From the NCBI GenBank assembly GCA_963751455.1, contig CAVVUN010000002.1, forward strand, positions 448,001-512,000: a stretch of 64,000 bases of DNA. Direction: 5' to 3'. Made by a program: the position numbers and the translations under genes. Shown here in pieces: positions 50,632-60,166 of the stretch; within the stretch, counting starts at the first letter, position 1; every line of letters starts with the position of its first letter. The DNA is from Nitrospirota bacterium (GTDB lineage: Bacteria > Nitrospirota > UBA9217). The notes under the pieces are model-generated. The model saw nothing but the letters and a program-made list of their open reading frames with translations. It did not search any database and had not been told where the DNA came from.

Positions 50632-50883
50632 TTAGTCTGTTTGGCTGCATCTTTTGTATTAAACAACGAAAGGAGTAGCCTGGAAGTGCGACATCCTTTG
50701 TCTTACCCTCAGAAGCCCGTCCGGCGACACTACAAATCTTGATGGAATTTAACTAATTTAATAAGAAAGGAGGCTATAGGCCGTACCGCTTAGCGGTGCT
50801 TTTCTTATAGTAATCACTTCTCTTTGCAGCTTTGCAGTTACAGGTACTATAACGATCACAAATGAAGGAAAGGAGAATTATTT

Positions 50884-53154
50884 ATGTATCGTAACTTTTT
50901 TTTAAAAGGAAACATTGTCGTAATTGTACTGGTAGTGCTTTGTATGGCGGTCCTGTTTACCGGCTGTAAAGGCAGCGACGGTGCGGCAGGCGCTGCAGGC
51001 GTGGACGGCCAGGACCTGACGTCTGCAGCCAAGCCCGAGACGTGCGCCGGGTGTCATGTTAGCGCGGGTGCTACGCATCAGGCGGTTTACAATCAATATA
51101 CGGATACCTCCAATCTTGACATTACGATCAATAATGTTTCGAGCTCTGCAAGTGGTACTTACTTTAACACAACGGTCCAGTTTACCGCCAGTGGCTCGGC
51201 GTATGCGCCTACGACAACTAATTTTAAGTCTGGATTCGATCAAACGACAGTTTATGCGGTCAAGTACAACAGCGCTACGCGCACATTTACTGACTCGACA
51301 TCATTTCCGACCGCAAGCTTCACATCAGCAGCATTGGACGGCGTATACACAGCGCCTGCTACGACCCTGACGTATGCGCCGGAGTCGTCTAATGCCCTGG
51401 TTTATGTCTATGCTGTCACGGGCAAACTTGCGACTGAAGGCATGCAGTTGTACTCGGACGTGGCCAACAAAGGGGTGGAATACGGCGATGTGGACACCTA
51501 CGTGTCTACCGCGAACGTATCAGGTTGTGAAAAGTGCCACGGTACGCCTTACATGAAGCATGGTTACAGGGCGGCCAGGGTGACCGGCCTGCCGGATTTT
51601 GCAGCTTGCAAAGTCTGCCATTATGATACGAGGACCGGCGGCCATCAGGGTTGGCAGCTTTTGGTTGATGACCCTGCTGCGTATGCAGCGCAAAATGGTA
51701 CTCCGACGACTGCGCAGAAAACCAAGTACGCATATAAAGCCAGTGTCATGAACGACGTGCATATGTCGCATGCCATGGAATTCGCCTATCCGCAGTCGAT
51801 GGCAAACTGCGCAACCTGCCACGAAGGCAAGCTCGTTTCCCTATTGACGGATACGAATTTCAAAGTGTCGACCTGCAGGAGCTGTCACCCGGTGACCGCT
51901 GCAGACGGGACTGATGCCAAGAGAGCGCCGGCACTGATCACCCTGATGAGCGACACGAGCTTGTCATATACCCATGGTAGCGAGGTTGGCAATCTTTATG
52001 CTGATGCGACGGCGCCAAATTGCGGTATGTGCCATAAGGCGGGCGGTAGTGCTCCGGAATTCAAGACAATTCACACCGGCTATAACTCCGAGATCTATGC
52101 TGATGCTAGTGGAACGAAGTATTCCGACGCCTTTACCGTCTCCATTGACTCCGTATCTGTGGCCAGCAACGTTCTTACTATCAAGTTCAGTGCGACTGAG
52201 TCTCTGGCTACAGCGCTTTCGGTCACGAGTATTAAACCAACCGTAATGGTCGGCTTGTACGGTTATGACACCAAGGATTTCCTCGTCGGCTCCCATGGCA
52301 AAACCATAGACACCTCTAGGGATCTGGAATATGTCGTAGGGACAACGCATCCGCGGTTCACGACCGTTTCGGCGGCTAACGGCAGCTGGGAAGTGACGGC
52401 AGACCTGTCAGCCTGGGCGGACAAGATCGCAGACGGCACGGTCAAGAGAGCGGAAATCGCTGTCATGCCGGAACTGAAAAATGCTGATGGTGTTGTCGTG
52501 GCACTCAATGCTCCTTCCAAAACCTTCGACCTTGTGGCCAAAGCTATTAATAATACGTTCTTCAGCCCCATCGTCAAGGTTGCGAATGGATGCAACACCT
52601 GCCATGACGCGCTTGCAACAACCTTCCATTCCGCCAACAGAGGCGGGAATATCGTTGTCTGCAGATTGTGTCACACTCCGATGTCCGGCGGTTCGCATCT
52701 GGAAATGCAGTCAAGATCGATCGATTCCTATGTCCATGCGATCCACTCGTTCCAGCCGTTCGATATCGGCGATATCGACTTCACCGATCCGGTGGAAGAG
52801 CTGCATTATGAGCATCACATCGAATCCACCTATCCTAACTTCACGATCTTGAATTGTGAATCCTGCCACAATGCGAATACATACAATGTGCCGGATCAGT
52901 CCAATTCACTGCCCGGTCTTCTTTCTTCGTCCGATACTGTCACGACCAGGACCATCAGTGGGGTGCCGAGCTATGTCACCGGTCCTGCTTCAAGGGCTTG
53001 TGGATCGTGTCACAGGACTGAATTGATCAACGAAGATGAAGCCGGCGGGCTTGCAGCATTCAACGAGCATACGAAAACGAATGGTTATATGCTCGAGGAG
53101 ACAGGTAGCGTTCTCGATGCAGTGATTGAGTCAATCATGGCAATATTCAAGTAG
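50884..53154 (+). CDS. Decaheme c-type cytochrome lipoprotein (OmcA/MtrC-like architecture)
   Basis: Lipobox FTGC; 10 CxxCH (CAGCH, CEKCH, CKVCH, CATCH, CRSCH, CGMCH, CNTCH, CRLCH, CESCH, CGSCH) separated by beta-rich domains. Confidence 0.9.
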   Translation: MYRNFFLKGNIVVIVLVVLCMAVLFTGCKGSDGAAGAAGVDGQDLTSAAKPETCAGCHVSAGATHQAVYNQYTDTSNLDITINNVSSSASGTYFNTTVQFTASGSAYAPTTTNFKSGFDQTTVYAVKYNSATRTFTDSTSFPTASFTSAALDGVYTAPATTLTYAPESSNALVYVYAVTGKLATEGMQLYSDVANKGVEYGDVDTYVSTANVSGCEKCHGTPYMKHGYRAARVTGLPDFAACKVCHYDTRTGGHQGWQLLVDDPAAYAAQNGTPTTAQKTKYAYKASVMNDVHMSHAMEFAYPQSMANCATCHEGKLVSLLTDTNFKVSTCRSCHPVTAADGTDAKRAPALITLMSDTSLSYTHGSEVGNLYADATAPNCGMCHKAGGSAPEFKTIHTGYNSEIYADASGTKYSDAFTVSIDSVSVASNVLTIKFSATESLATALSVTSIKPTVMVGLYGYDTKDFLVGSHGKTIDTSRDLEYVVGTTHPRFTTVSAANGSWEVTADLSAWADKIADGTVKRAEIAVMPELKNADGVVVALNAPSKTFDLVAKAINNTFFSPIVKVANGCNTCHDALATTFHSANRGGNIVVCRLCHTPMSGGSHLEMQSRSIDSYVHAIHSFQPFDIGDIDFTDPVEELHYEHHIESTYPNFTILNCESCHNANTYNVPDQSNSLPGLLSSSDTVTTRTISGVPSYVTGPASRACGSCHRTELINEDEAGGLAAFNEHTKTNGYMLEETGSVLDAVIESIMAIFK

Positions 53155-53240
53155 GCGAGGTATGCGAGGCGGGCTTCGGCCCACCTCGCTTCTCTCCTGA
53201 GTTCACCGTGCTAAAAACTGCAGGTGGTAAGCGTAATTCC

Positions 53241-53272
53241 AGGCGGACCTTTTCGAGGGTCCGCCTTTTTTT
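53241..53272 (+). terminator. Rho-independent terminator after the decaheme gene
   Basis: AGGCGGACCT-TTTCG-AGGGTCCGCCT then T-run; extra UUCG hairpin at 53164-53189. Confidence 0.8.
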
Positions 53273-53381
53273 GGGCGTATTCGGGGCACTGCTCTCTATG
53301 TAAATTTTTCTTGCAAAATACTGATAAATAATCATAATAGGCGACTAAGGTCGTAGTTAGATCTTTACTCTAAATTAAATG

Positions 53382-53560
53382 ATCCTGAAAACGGCAGTTG
53401 GGCGCAGATGAACGCAGATAACCGCAGATCAAACAAAAGAATTTTTAGAGAAAAAAATTCACCCGCAGGGTGACTGCTTTTACGATACAAGAACGTTTTT
53501 TTATCCGACCTTATCTGCGTTTATCCGATTTTTCTGCGTCCCAAATGCTTTTTTTAGGAT
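53382..53560. mobile_element. ATCCT-AAAA family MITE with CGCAGAT/ATCCG repeats
   Basis: Ends ATCCTGAAAA/TTTTTAGGAT; interior nearly identical to 14728-14849 (reverse). Confidence 0.75.
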
Positions 53561-53635
53561 GATCAAAGGGGAGGTGCGAAAGCTGCCAACGGAAACATTC
53601 TAAGTAATACACTTTGCAACGAAAGGAGGAAGGCA

Positions 53636-54916
53636 TTGAATACATTATCACCATACTTCAGAAGAATATTAAGTTCAGGCAGTAGAGGTGTTTTATTGTT
53701 TTTCATGATTATTGTTTTGTTTCCTGCTGCGGTTCTCGCTCTTGATGTTGCAGGAACTTCAAGAACGTATCTCCAAAGCAGGGAAAGCGCGGACAAGAAT
53801 TTTCTTCCCCTGTATGAATATCTTGATTTTTCCTCGCAGAACAACAGCGAAGCTCTGTATTCCGTCCACTTCGGCGGATGGTACCGGTACGACATCGAAG
53901 ACGAGAACGCTAGTAAAGATGTCCAGTATGGGTACCTGAGCTTCAGGGGCAAAACCGCAAATAGTATTGTGAATCTGGGGCGCGTTATGGTGTTCGAGGG
54001 AGCAGCTGCAGAGCGCCTAGACGGGTTGTATGCTCGCACTGATTTGCAGGGCAACTTCGGTATTTCAGCATTCGGAGGCGCTCCGGTCGAGACCGGTAGC
54101 GACATCCCGGGCAATAATGTCATCTACGGTGCGCGCATATCGCACAATCTTCCGGATGTTTACCGGATCGGCATCTCATATCTGAAAGAGGAAAAGAATG
54201 ACGTCGAATTCAGGGAGGAAGAAGGCCTTGATGTATGGCTTCATCCCGTGAGCAAGATAGACATCGGCGGACGCTCCATCTATAACGCGATTACCTCTGA
54301 CTGGATGCAGCATACCTATAACGTGGTGCTCGGCCCGTTTGATAAACTGAGGCTTATCGCCGAGGCATCGTTGATCAATTACGCTGATTTCTTTTATGCT
54401 TCCACGACGCCGGTTTTCCGGCTGCAGGCCGGCATTCTTGACCCGAACGAAAAAGCCAGAACCCTCGGCGCAACAGCAGGCTATGACGTCACAAACTCGG
54501 TAAACATATCCGCTGACTATAAAACACACAATTATCAAATCGCCGGCGATGCCGCATACCTTGGAGGAAACATCAGGTATGCTGCCGGGCGAACGGGCAG
54601 CGGTCTCTCGGTCCACAGGATGGATGGAGACGCCGACCGTCTTAAATACGACGAGTACAGGGTTTATGTTTTTACCAAGGTCGGACCTGCGGACATCGCT
54701 GTTGACCTTATCGATGTCAAATATGAGGCCGCTGTAAACGGAGTGACGAATTCCTACTCGGCTTCCATTGCAGGGCAGTACAGTGTTACGGAACGATGGA
54801 ACGTGGGCGCCGACGTCGAATATTCGAAGAACCCGGACTTTGACAAGGACATCCGGACATTCCTGAAGGCCATCTACCGGTTCGATATCGGCTCCGGCGC
54901 AGGGAAGGGGGCATAG
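53636..54916 (+). CDS. Outer-membrane beta-barrel (porin of a porin-cytochrome complex), copy 1
   Basis: Signal peptide, alternating amphipathic strands, terminal ..KAIYRF; paralog of 60163-61455; flanked by cytochromes. Confidence 0.8.
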   Translation: MNTLSPYFRRILSSGSRGVLLFFMIIVLFPAAVLALDVAGTSRTYLQSRESADKNFLPLYEYLDFSSQNNSEALYSVHFGGWYRYDIEDENASKDVQYGYLSFRGKTANSIVNLGRVMVFEGAAAERLDGLYARTDLQGNFGISAFGGAPVETGSDIPGNNVIYGARISHNLPDVYRIGISYLKEEKNDVEFREEEGLDVWLHPVSKIDIGGRSIYNAITSDWMQHTYNVVLGPFDKLRLIAEASLINYADFFYASTTPVFRLQAGILDPNEKARTLGATAGYDVTNSVNISADYKTHNYQIAGDAAYLGGNIRYAAGRTGSGLSVHRMDGDADRLKYDEYRVYVFTKVGPADIAVDLIDVKYEAAVNGVTNSYSASIAGQYSVTERWNVGADVEYSKNPDFDKDIRTFLKAIYRFDIGSGAGKGA

Positions 54917-54917
54917 C

Positions 54918-55361
54918 ATGATTACCATGAGGCTCAAAATAATATTTCTTATTGTGCTGTCTGCGCTCGCCCTTGCGCTTTTTGCATGCGCGCATACGCA
55001 GAGCATTGCGGCAAAACACCCCACGGCGGTGGAGGGCACACCTATCTGCAGTGACTGCCATACGGATTATCGCGCTGCCATGAATCATACGGGAGATTTC
55101 AGCACACGGCACCGTTTCTACGCCGTTCAAGGCAAGCAGTCCTGCGCGGTCTGTCATGCAGAGTCGTTCTGCTCCGACTGCCATGCACACAAGGAAGAAT
55201 TGAAGCCAAGCGACAAGTATAAGGATTCTCCTGAACGGTCGATGCCTCACCGGGGAGATTATCTGAACCAGCACAAGATTGACGGCAGGGTGAATCCTGC
55301 ATCTTGCTTCCCGTGTCACGGCCGTCAGAACAATGAGAGGTGCCAAGCATGTCACCGATAA
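54918..55361 (+). CDS. Pentaheme c-type cytochrome lipoprotein, copy 1
   Basis: LFAC lipobox; CSDCH, CAVCH, CSDCH, CFPCH, CQACH. Confidence 0.9.
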   Translation: MITMRLKIIFLIVLSALALALFACAHTQSIAAKHPTAVEGTPICSDCHTDYRAAMNHTGDFSTRHRFYAVQGKQSCAVCHAESFCSDCHAHKEELKPSDKYKDSPERSMPHRGDYLNQHKIDGRVNPASCFPCHGRQNNERCQACHR

Positions 55362-55765
55362 AGAGAACGATGCTTATCAGTTGTCTGCTCATTGCTGCAG
55401 TGGTAACCGCTTTCGGTTGCGGCGATTCAAGTTCCCACGGTATTTTTGATACGGATGGCCATCCGGCAGGGTGGCTGCCTGCAGGGCATGTAAGTCCGGC
55501 AAGGGAAAACATTTCTTCTTGCACCGAATGCCATGGAGCGGAATTAACCGGAGGCATCTCTAACGTATCCTGCACGGCCTGCCATATAGGAGGGCCGACT
55601 TCGGCCCATCCTGTGGGATGGGGGGAGGATATAGAAAACAATCATGGCCCTTACGCTGTGCATAATGGTGTATCTGCCTGCCGGAATATCTGGTGCCATG
55701 GAAACAATCTGCAGGGAGTTCAAGACAGCGGGCCAAGCTGCAATAATTGTCACGATTTTCCGTGA
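55349..55765 (+). CDS. Small multiheme cytochrome lipoprotein (3 CxxCH + 1 CxxxxCH), copy 1
   Basis: AFGC lipobox; CTECH, CTACH, CRNIWCH, CNNCH. Confidence 0.88.
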   Translation: MSPIKRTMLISCLLIAAVVTAFGCGDSSSHGIFDTDGHPAGWLPAGHVSPARENISSCTECHGAELTGGISNVSCTACHIGGPTSAHPVGWGEDIENNHGPYAVHNGVSACRNIWCHGNNLQGVQDSGPSCNNCHDFP

Positions 55766-55836
55766 TCCTGATCAAAGAGCCGGGAGCTACGGTTAGCGGT
55801 GCAGCTGCACAACACTGTTTGTTTGAAGAAGCTGAA

Positions 55837-55863
55837 AAGGGAGGATATATTCCTCCCTTTTTC
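55837..55863 (+). terminator. Terminator hairpin closing module 1
   Basis: AAGGGAGGA-TATAT-TCCTCCCTT then T-run; homologous to 62405-62431. Confidence 0.75.
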
Positions 55864-55874
55864 ATTAAGGACTG

Positions 55875-55916
55875 TTATGACAGAGTGATTTCCGTGCCGA
55901 CGCCTTCCTTGGTAAA
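55875..55916 (-). pseudogene. Remnant of the argB 3' end (13 codons + stop)
   Basis: Encodes FTKEGVGTEITLS*; intact argB ends [13 protein letters not shown]. Confidence 0.85.
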
Positions 55917-56079
55917 TTTACACACAGCGTGTCGTACACGGCTTGTCAGGAAGGTCCGGCCATCAGCTATCCTTAAGAACACGCTCAGTTATAACGGCAC
56001 AACGTGTACCACCAGTCTTTGCGGACGCCAGAACATGGTAAGGTCTCTCACTGAGATTCATATCGCTGCATAAAAAATA

Positions 56080-56247
56080 AACCTGAAAAAAGCAGTTGGA
56101 CACGGATAAAATCTGATCAACACGGATTTATAGGAAGTTACGAACAGTAATGGATTCACCCAAAAGGCGAGATGGCTTTTTGCTCTATCACATTGTTTTG
56201 ATCCGCTGTTTCCGTGTTCATCCGTGTTCAAATGCCGTTTTTAGGAT
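56080..56247. mobile_element. ATCCT-AAAA family MITE, diverged copy
   Basis: AACCTGAAAAAAGCAGTTGGACACGGAT...ATCCGTGTTCAAATGCCGTTTTTAGGAT. Confidence 0.7.
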
Positions 56248-56460
56248 AAAAGGCCTGGAGGAAACTCCGGGCCTTTTACTATTTATCCTGTCCTCCAATG
56301 CATGTTGTATCATCTTCACGCATTTCATCACTGTAGCTTTTCCCGACACAGCCACTCTCTTGACAATCAAAAAAAAAGAGCTACCTTCCATCTAGAAGTA
56401 CAATAATAATTCGCAAATGCATTAACCCAGCGATCAACTTCAGCTCCAGCAAAAAACACA

Positions 56461-56620
56461 ATCGTGCAGTAAATACGATAAACCCGGCTCCAGTTCATGA
56501 GCCCTGATCATTCTCTCCGGATCATCGCCAGAAAGCCATCGAGGGATGGTCGGGCATTCACCGCAAAGTGAAGGTGCTTGTGTCGTACTTTCTCAGGAAA
56601 TCCCCTGATCACTGCACGAT
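56461..56620 (+). ncRNA. Putative structured 5' leader RNA of cytochrome module 2 (unassigned)
   Basis: Perfect 10-bp closing stem ATCGTGCAGT/ACTGCACGAT enclosing several nested stems; downstream of TTGACA at 56360. Confidence 0.4.
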
Positions 56621-56817
56621 TCGAATCTCATTCCCGACCGTGGGATTAATAACCCAACAATCTAATTGCATGAAAGCGGCAACAGGAGTCTTTTTCACAA
56701 CCTAGATGCACACAAACCGGCACACTACTCGGATTTCGTACGGCCCCTGTTTTTTCCGTGCACGGAGCCCACGACATCATTTAAGAAGCATCAACCAGAG
56801 AAAGGAGAAAACAGTTT

Positions 56818-59223
56818 ATGAATGGTCACAGATCGTTAAACATGAAGGTTATTGTAATTGGATTGATAATGGCCGGCTTGATGGCCGTGGTCGGATGTGA
56901 AGGTGACACGGGTCCGCAAGGTCCTCCCGGAACTCCAGCGACTTTCGGCGGAGCAGGGTGCAACGATTGTCACCATCTGAATAGCCTCGCCGTCACGCAA
57001 TTTTCCGAAACATTCGTGTCAGGCCTGGCTGGCTCTGACAAAGTGATCACAGCAGGCAGTTTCACGGCACTCACCTTCGATCCGGCAAAACTCCCGGCTG
57101 GCGAGACGGCCCAGGCGTTCTTATGGGAGCGCATCGGGGGTCTCAACTCTTTGCTGTCAGGTACGACAACATCAACTGCCCTTGTCACGTTACCTTCACC
57201 TACTGCCGTCAATTACAAGACGGAACTGGTCAGGCATGTCAAGGGACTTGTCGTTACGACGCTTACCGGAACTGTTTTGTCAGAGCGCGCAATGATCGTT
57301 CCGGTCAATCCGTTCAACCTGGAGGAGGCAACCGCGGCTGAGTACAAGCTGCGGGTGGCGACCGCGAGCGGAAAATATTATTTCGGACTTGCGAAGGTGA
57401 CGGACACTGCAGCAGTAACGGCTGCGGAAGCGTTCGCAGCGGTGAACACTGGTATCAATAACATCCCTGTAAATGTGCCGGTGCTCCTTCGGGCGAAAAC
57501 GTCGAGCGGATACTCCTGGTCGGTTACGTCGGCGCCGAGCGGAACCGCGGCGACTCTGAATGATGCAGCCACGCAATTTCCAGACTTTACCGCCCACGTA
57601 CCCGGTACATACGTCCTCTCCCAGGCAACAGGGACTACGACTGAAATCACCCTTCATGCCGGCACGTGGCAAGGCGCCATTACCGGAGAGGACGCAAATG
57701 GGCGGCCTACATCATCATGCGCTCCTGCATGCCACGGAACAACAGGCGCGAACTCCGTAGTTACAACGAATTTCAATGAATGGGCACAATCCGGTCATGC
57801 GGAAATATTCAAACAGAATCTGAACGCAGGAGGCCACTACGGCCCGAGTTGTTTCCCGTGCCACACAGTCGGCTTCAATACCAATACGACTGCCGTGAAT
57901 AACGGATTTGACGACCAGCCAAATTACAGCGCGTTTATTGCTGATACCAGCATGTTTGCAACAACCGCGGACGCTACCCGCTATTCAAGGATGTTCACGT
58001 CCTATCCAGACTTGGTTTTACAAACCAATGTACAGTGCGAGAACTGCCACGGTCCGAGCAACAGCCCGCTTCACAATAACGGCATCCTGGCAGACCCCGA
58101 ACGGGTGAGCCTATCTGCGGACGTCTGCGGGGCCTGCCACGGGGAGCCGCAGCGCCATGCAAGGTTCCAGCAGTGGGAGGACAGCGGCCACGGCAACTTT
58201 GAGCTTGCAGTAGAGGAAGGCGTTTCGTCGCCCACATCAACGACTCTTCGAAACACCTGTGCCGGGTGCCATACCGCCCAGGGCTTTATGGTATACCTGG
58301 CCCAGCTTCAGGCAGGCAATCCGACCCGGAATATCCCATCAAACATTCCGGGATCGATTGACACGGTCCTGCCTCAGACGTGCGCGGTCTGCCACGATCC
58401 TCATGCGCAGGGCACTACATCCGGTGAGCCGAACACAGCTACGGTCCGTGTTACCGACAATACCCCGAAGCTTCCGAGCGGGTTCGCGGCCACCGGCGTG
58501 GGCCGCGGCGCGATCTGCATCGTTTGCCACAACTCCCGTAACGGCAGCAGCGGCCTCGATTCATTCCTGCACCAGGACGGCGACCCGGTATTCGGTTCTC
58601 TTACGAGCTACAGTGGTCCGCATGAGGCGAACCAGGGCGACGTGTTCATGGGCCATAACGCCTACTTTGTCGGAAGCACCCCGAACACATCGTCACCGTA
58701 CCGATCGCCGCACGCCTTGATAGCCGATACCTGTGCTACCTGCCATATGGAACTGACGCCCCCGCCTCCGCTCCTGAGCTATAACCTGGCGGGCACCAAC
58801 CATACGTTCAGGCCGAGTCTCAATATTTGCAGCCAGTGTCATCCGGTCAATACGAGCCTTGGTCCCATGCTCCAGGCAAGGGTGAAGTCGACCCTGGAAG
58901 CGCTCAAGCTATCCATTGAACAGAAGATCATCTCCCGGAATACGGGCACCCAGATAGATTCGGCAAGTCTTTCCGGTCGGGGCAATGTGGAGGTTCTTTA
59001 CTCGGACGGCACATCAACGAATATCAGTGTGGGCTCCATTCCGGGCCTCTCCACTACCGACTTGAAGACGGACGACCTCGCCAAAGCTATCTGGAACTTC
59101 CACCTGATTGAACAGGACCAGAGCTTCGGCGTCCACAATCCGGATTTCACATACGCTGTTATGGGGGCTTCACAGCTTGCTGTTGATAGAATTCCGAGTG
59201 AACCCGAACCGATCAACGATTAG
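56818..59223 (+). CDS. Large multiheme c-type cytochrome lipoprotein (9 CxxCH + 1 CxxxCH) with PKD/Ig-like region
   Basis: VVGC lipobox, GPQGPPG linker; CNDCH, CAPACH, CFPCH, CENCH, CGACH, CAGCH, CAVCH, CIVCH, CATCH, CSQCH. Confidence 0.9.
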   Translation: MNGHRSLNMKVIVIGLIMAGLMAVVGCEGDTGPQGPPGTPATFGGAGCNDCHHLNSLAVTQFSETFVSGLAGSDKVITAGSFTALTFDPAKLPAGETAQAFLWERIGGLNSLLSGTTTSTALVTLPSPTAVNYKTELVRHVKGLVVTTLTGTVLSERAMIVPVNPFNLEEATAAEYKLRVATASGKYYFGLAKVTDTAAVTAAEAFAAVNTGINNIPVNVPVLLRAKTSSGYSWSVTSAPSGTAATLNDAATQFPDFTAHVPGTYVLSQATGTTTEITLHAGTWQGAITGEDANGRPTSSCAPACHGTTGANSVVTTNFNEWAQSGHAEIFKQNLNAGGHYGPSCFPCHTVGFNTNTTAVNNGFDDQPNYSAFIADTSMFATTADATRYSRMFTSYPDLVLQTNVQCENCHGPSNSPLHNNGILADPERVSLSADVCGACHGEPQRHARFQQWEDSGHGNFELAVEEGVSSPTSTTLRNTCAGCHTAQGFMVYLAQLQAGNPTRNIPSNIPGSIDTVLPQTCAVCHDPHAQGTTSGEPNTATVRVTDNTPKLPSGFAATGVGRGAICIVCHNSRNGSSGLDSFLHQDGDPVFGSLTSYSGPHEANQGDVFMGHNAYFVGSTPNTSSPYRSPHALIADTCATCHMELTPPPPLLSYNLAGTNHTFRPSLNICSQCHPVNTSLGPMLQARVKSTLEALKLSIEQKIISRNTGTQIDSASLSGRGNVEVLYSDGTSTNISVGSIPGLSTTDLKTDDLAKAIWNFHLIEQDQSFGVHNPDFTYAVMGASQLAVDRIPSEPEPIND

Positions 59224-59308
59224 CAGAAAGGCACGCTGGCTCTCCTGCCGGCGGGCGCTCATCGCCCGCCGGTCTCTTCAACCCGATCACCTTCTTAAGG
59301 ATGACCGT

Positions 59309-60166
59309 ATGAAATTGAAATTCAAGATTATGTATATGCTGCTTTTGATCTTCCTTCTTCTGCCTGCCTGCAAGCCGAAACCCGAGGCAGCGTCCAGGGA
59401 CGGGAGCCTTCTGGCGATTGTCAATGGTGTCGCAATAACCGAAGACGATCTCCACATGAGACTTCATGCCGGGCATGACGATCCCGAGGCGCGTGAGCGG
59501 GTGCTGAAGGAGATCATCATCGAGGAACTTTTCTACCAGAAAGGATTAAAGCTGGGGCTCGATAGGGACCCGAAATACCGTAATGCCGTAACAATCATGG
59601 AGCAGCGTCTGAAGGACTTCAAACGCTCAGAAATGGCGCGCCGGATCAGCAACAGCCAGATTGCGGCAAAGGTCGAAGTTACCTACGAGGACACCAAAAA
59701 ATACTATGCTGAGCACAAGTCGGAAATCTCCGAGGATCTTCATCTAATCGTGGTTCAGTTCGCAAACGAGGACCAGGCGCGAGATGCGCTTCAGAGAATA
59801 AAGGCGGGCGCCGCCCCGGAAACGGTTGCGACGGAGCTGTATTCCGGTGATTTGAACAGGAAGACGCTGTCCTGGGACAGGGGGTTCCTTCACTGGAATG
59901 AGATACCGGTTGACCTGACAGAAACGATCTACAGTCTCAAAAAAGACGAGGTAAGCGGCGTTTTGTGCAGCACGAGGACCGGCGTATGCATAGTGAAGCT
60001 GGTCGATAGAAGAGAGAATACGGCCGCATCGTTCGAAAAGATGAGCGCCGGCATAATGAGCCGCATTCGCGACATTCGCTTGCTCGAAGCACGTGACCGT
60101 TATGTCGAGGATTTGAAAAATGAATCGAAAATCGTAAAGTTCGAGGAAAGGAGGAAAGGGTCTTGA
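59309..60166 (+). CDS. PpiC/SurA-like peptidyl-prolyl isomerase lipoprotein
   Basis: LPAC lipobox, LAIVNGVAITEDDL, degenerate parvulin-like region. Confidence 0.75.
   Translation: MKLKFKIMYMLLLIFLLLPACKPKPEAASRDGSLLAIVNGVAITEDDLHMRLHAGHDDPEARERVLKEIIIEELFYQKGLKLGLDRDPKYRNAVTIMEQRLKDFKRSEMARRISNSQIAAKVEVTYEDTKKYYAEHKSEISEDLHLIVVQFANEDQARDALQRIKAGAAPETVATELYSGDLNRKTLSWDRGFLHWNEIPVDLTETIYSLKKDEVSGVLCSTRTGVCIVKLVDRRENTAASFEKMSAGIMSRIRDIRLLEARDRYVEDLKNESKIVKFEERRKGS

Noticed and set aside
50632-50883. c-di-GMP/cGAMP riboswitch ahead of the decaheme gene
   Set aside because: One hairpin (GGCTGC..GTAGCC) and repeated AAAGGAG motifs, but no GEMM-I or class II consensus recognisable
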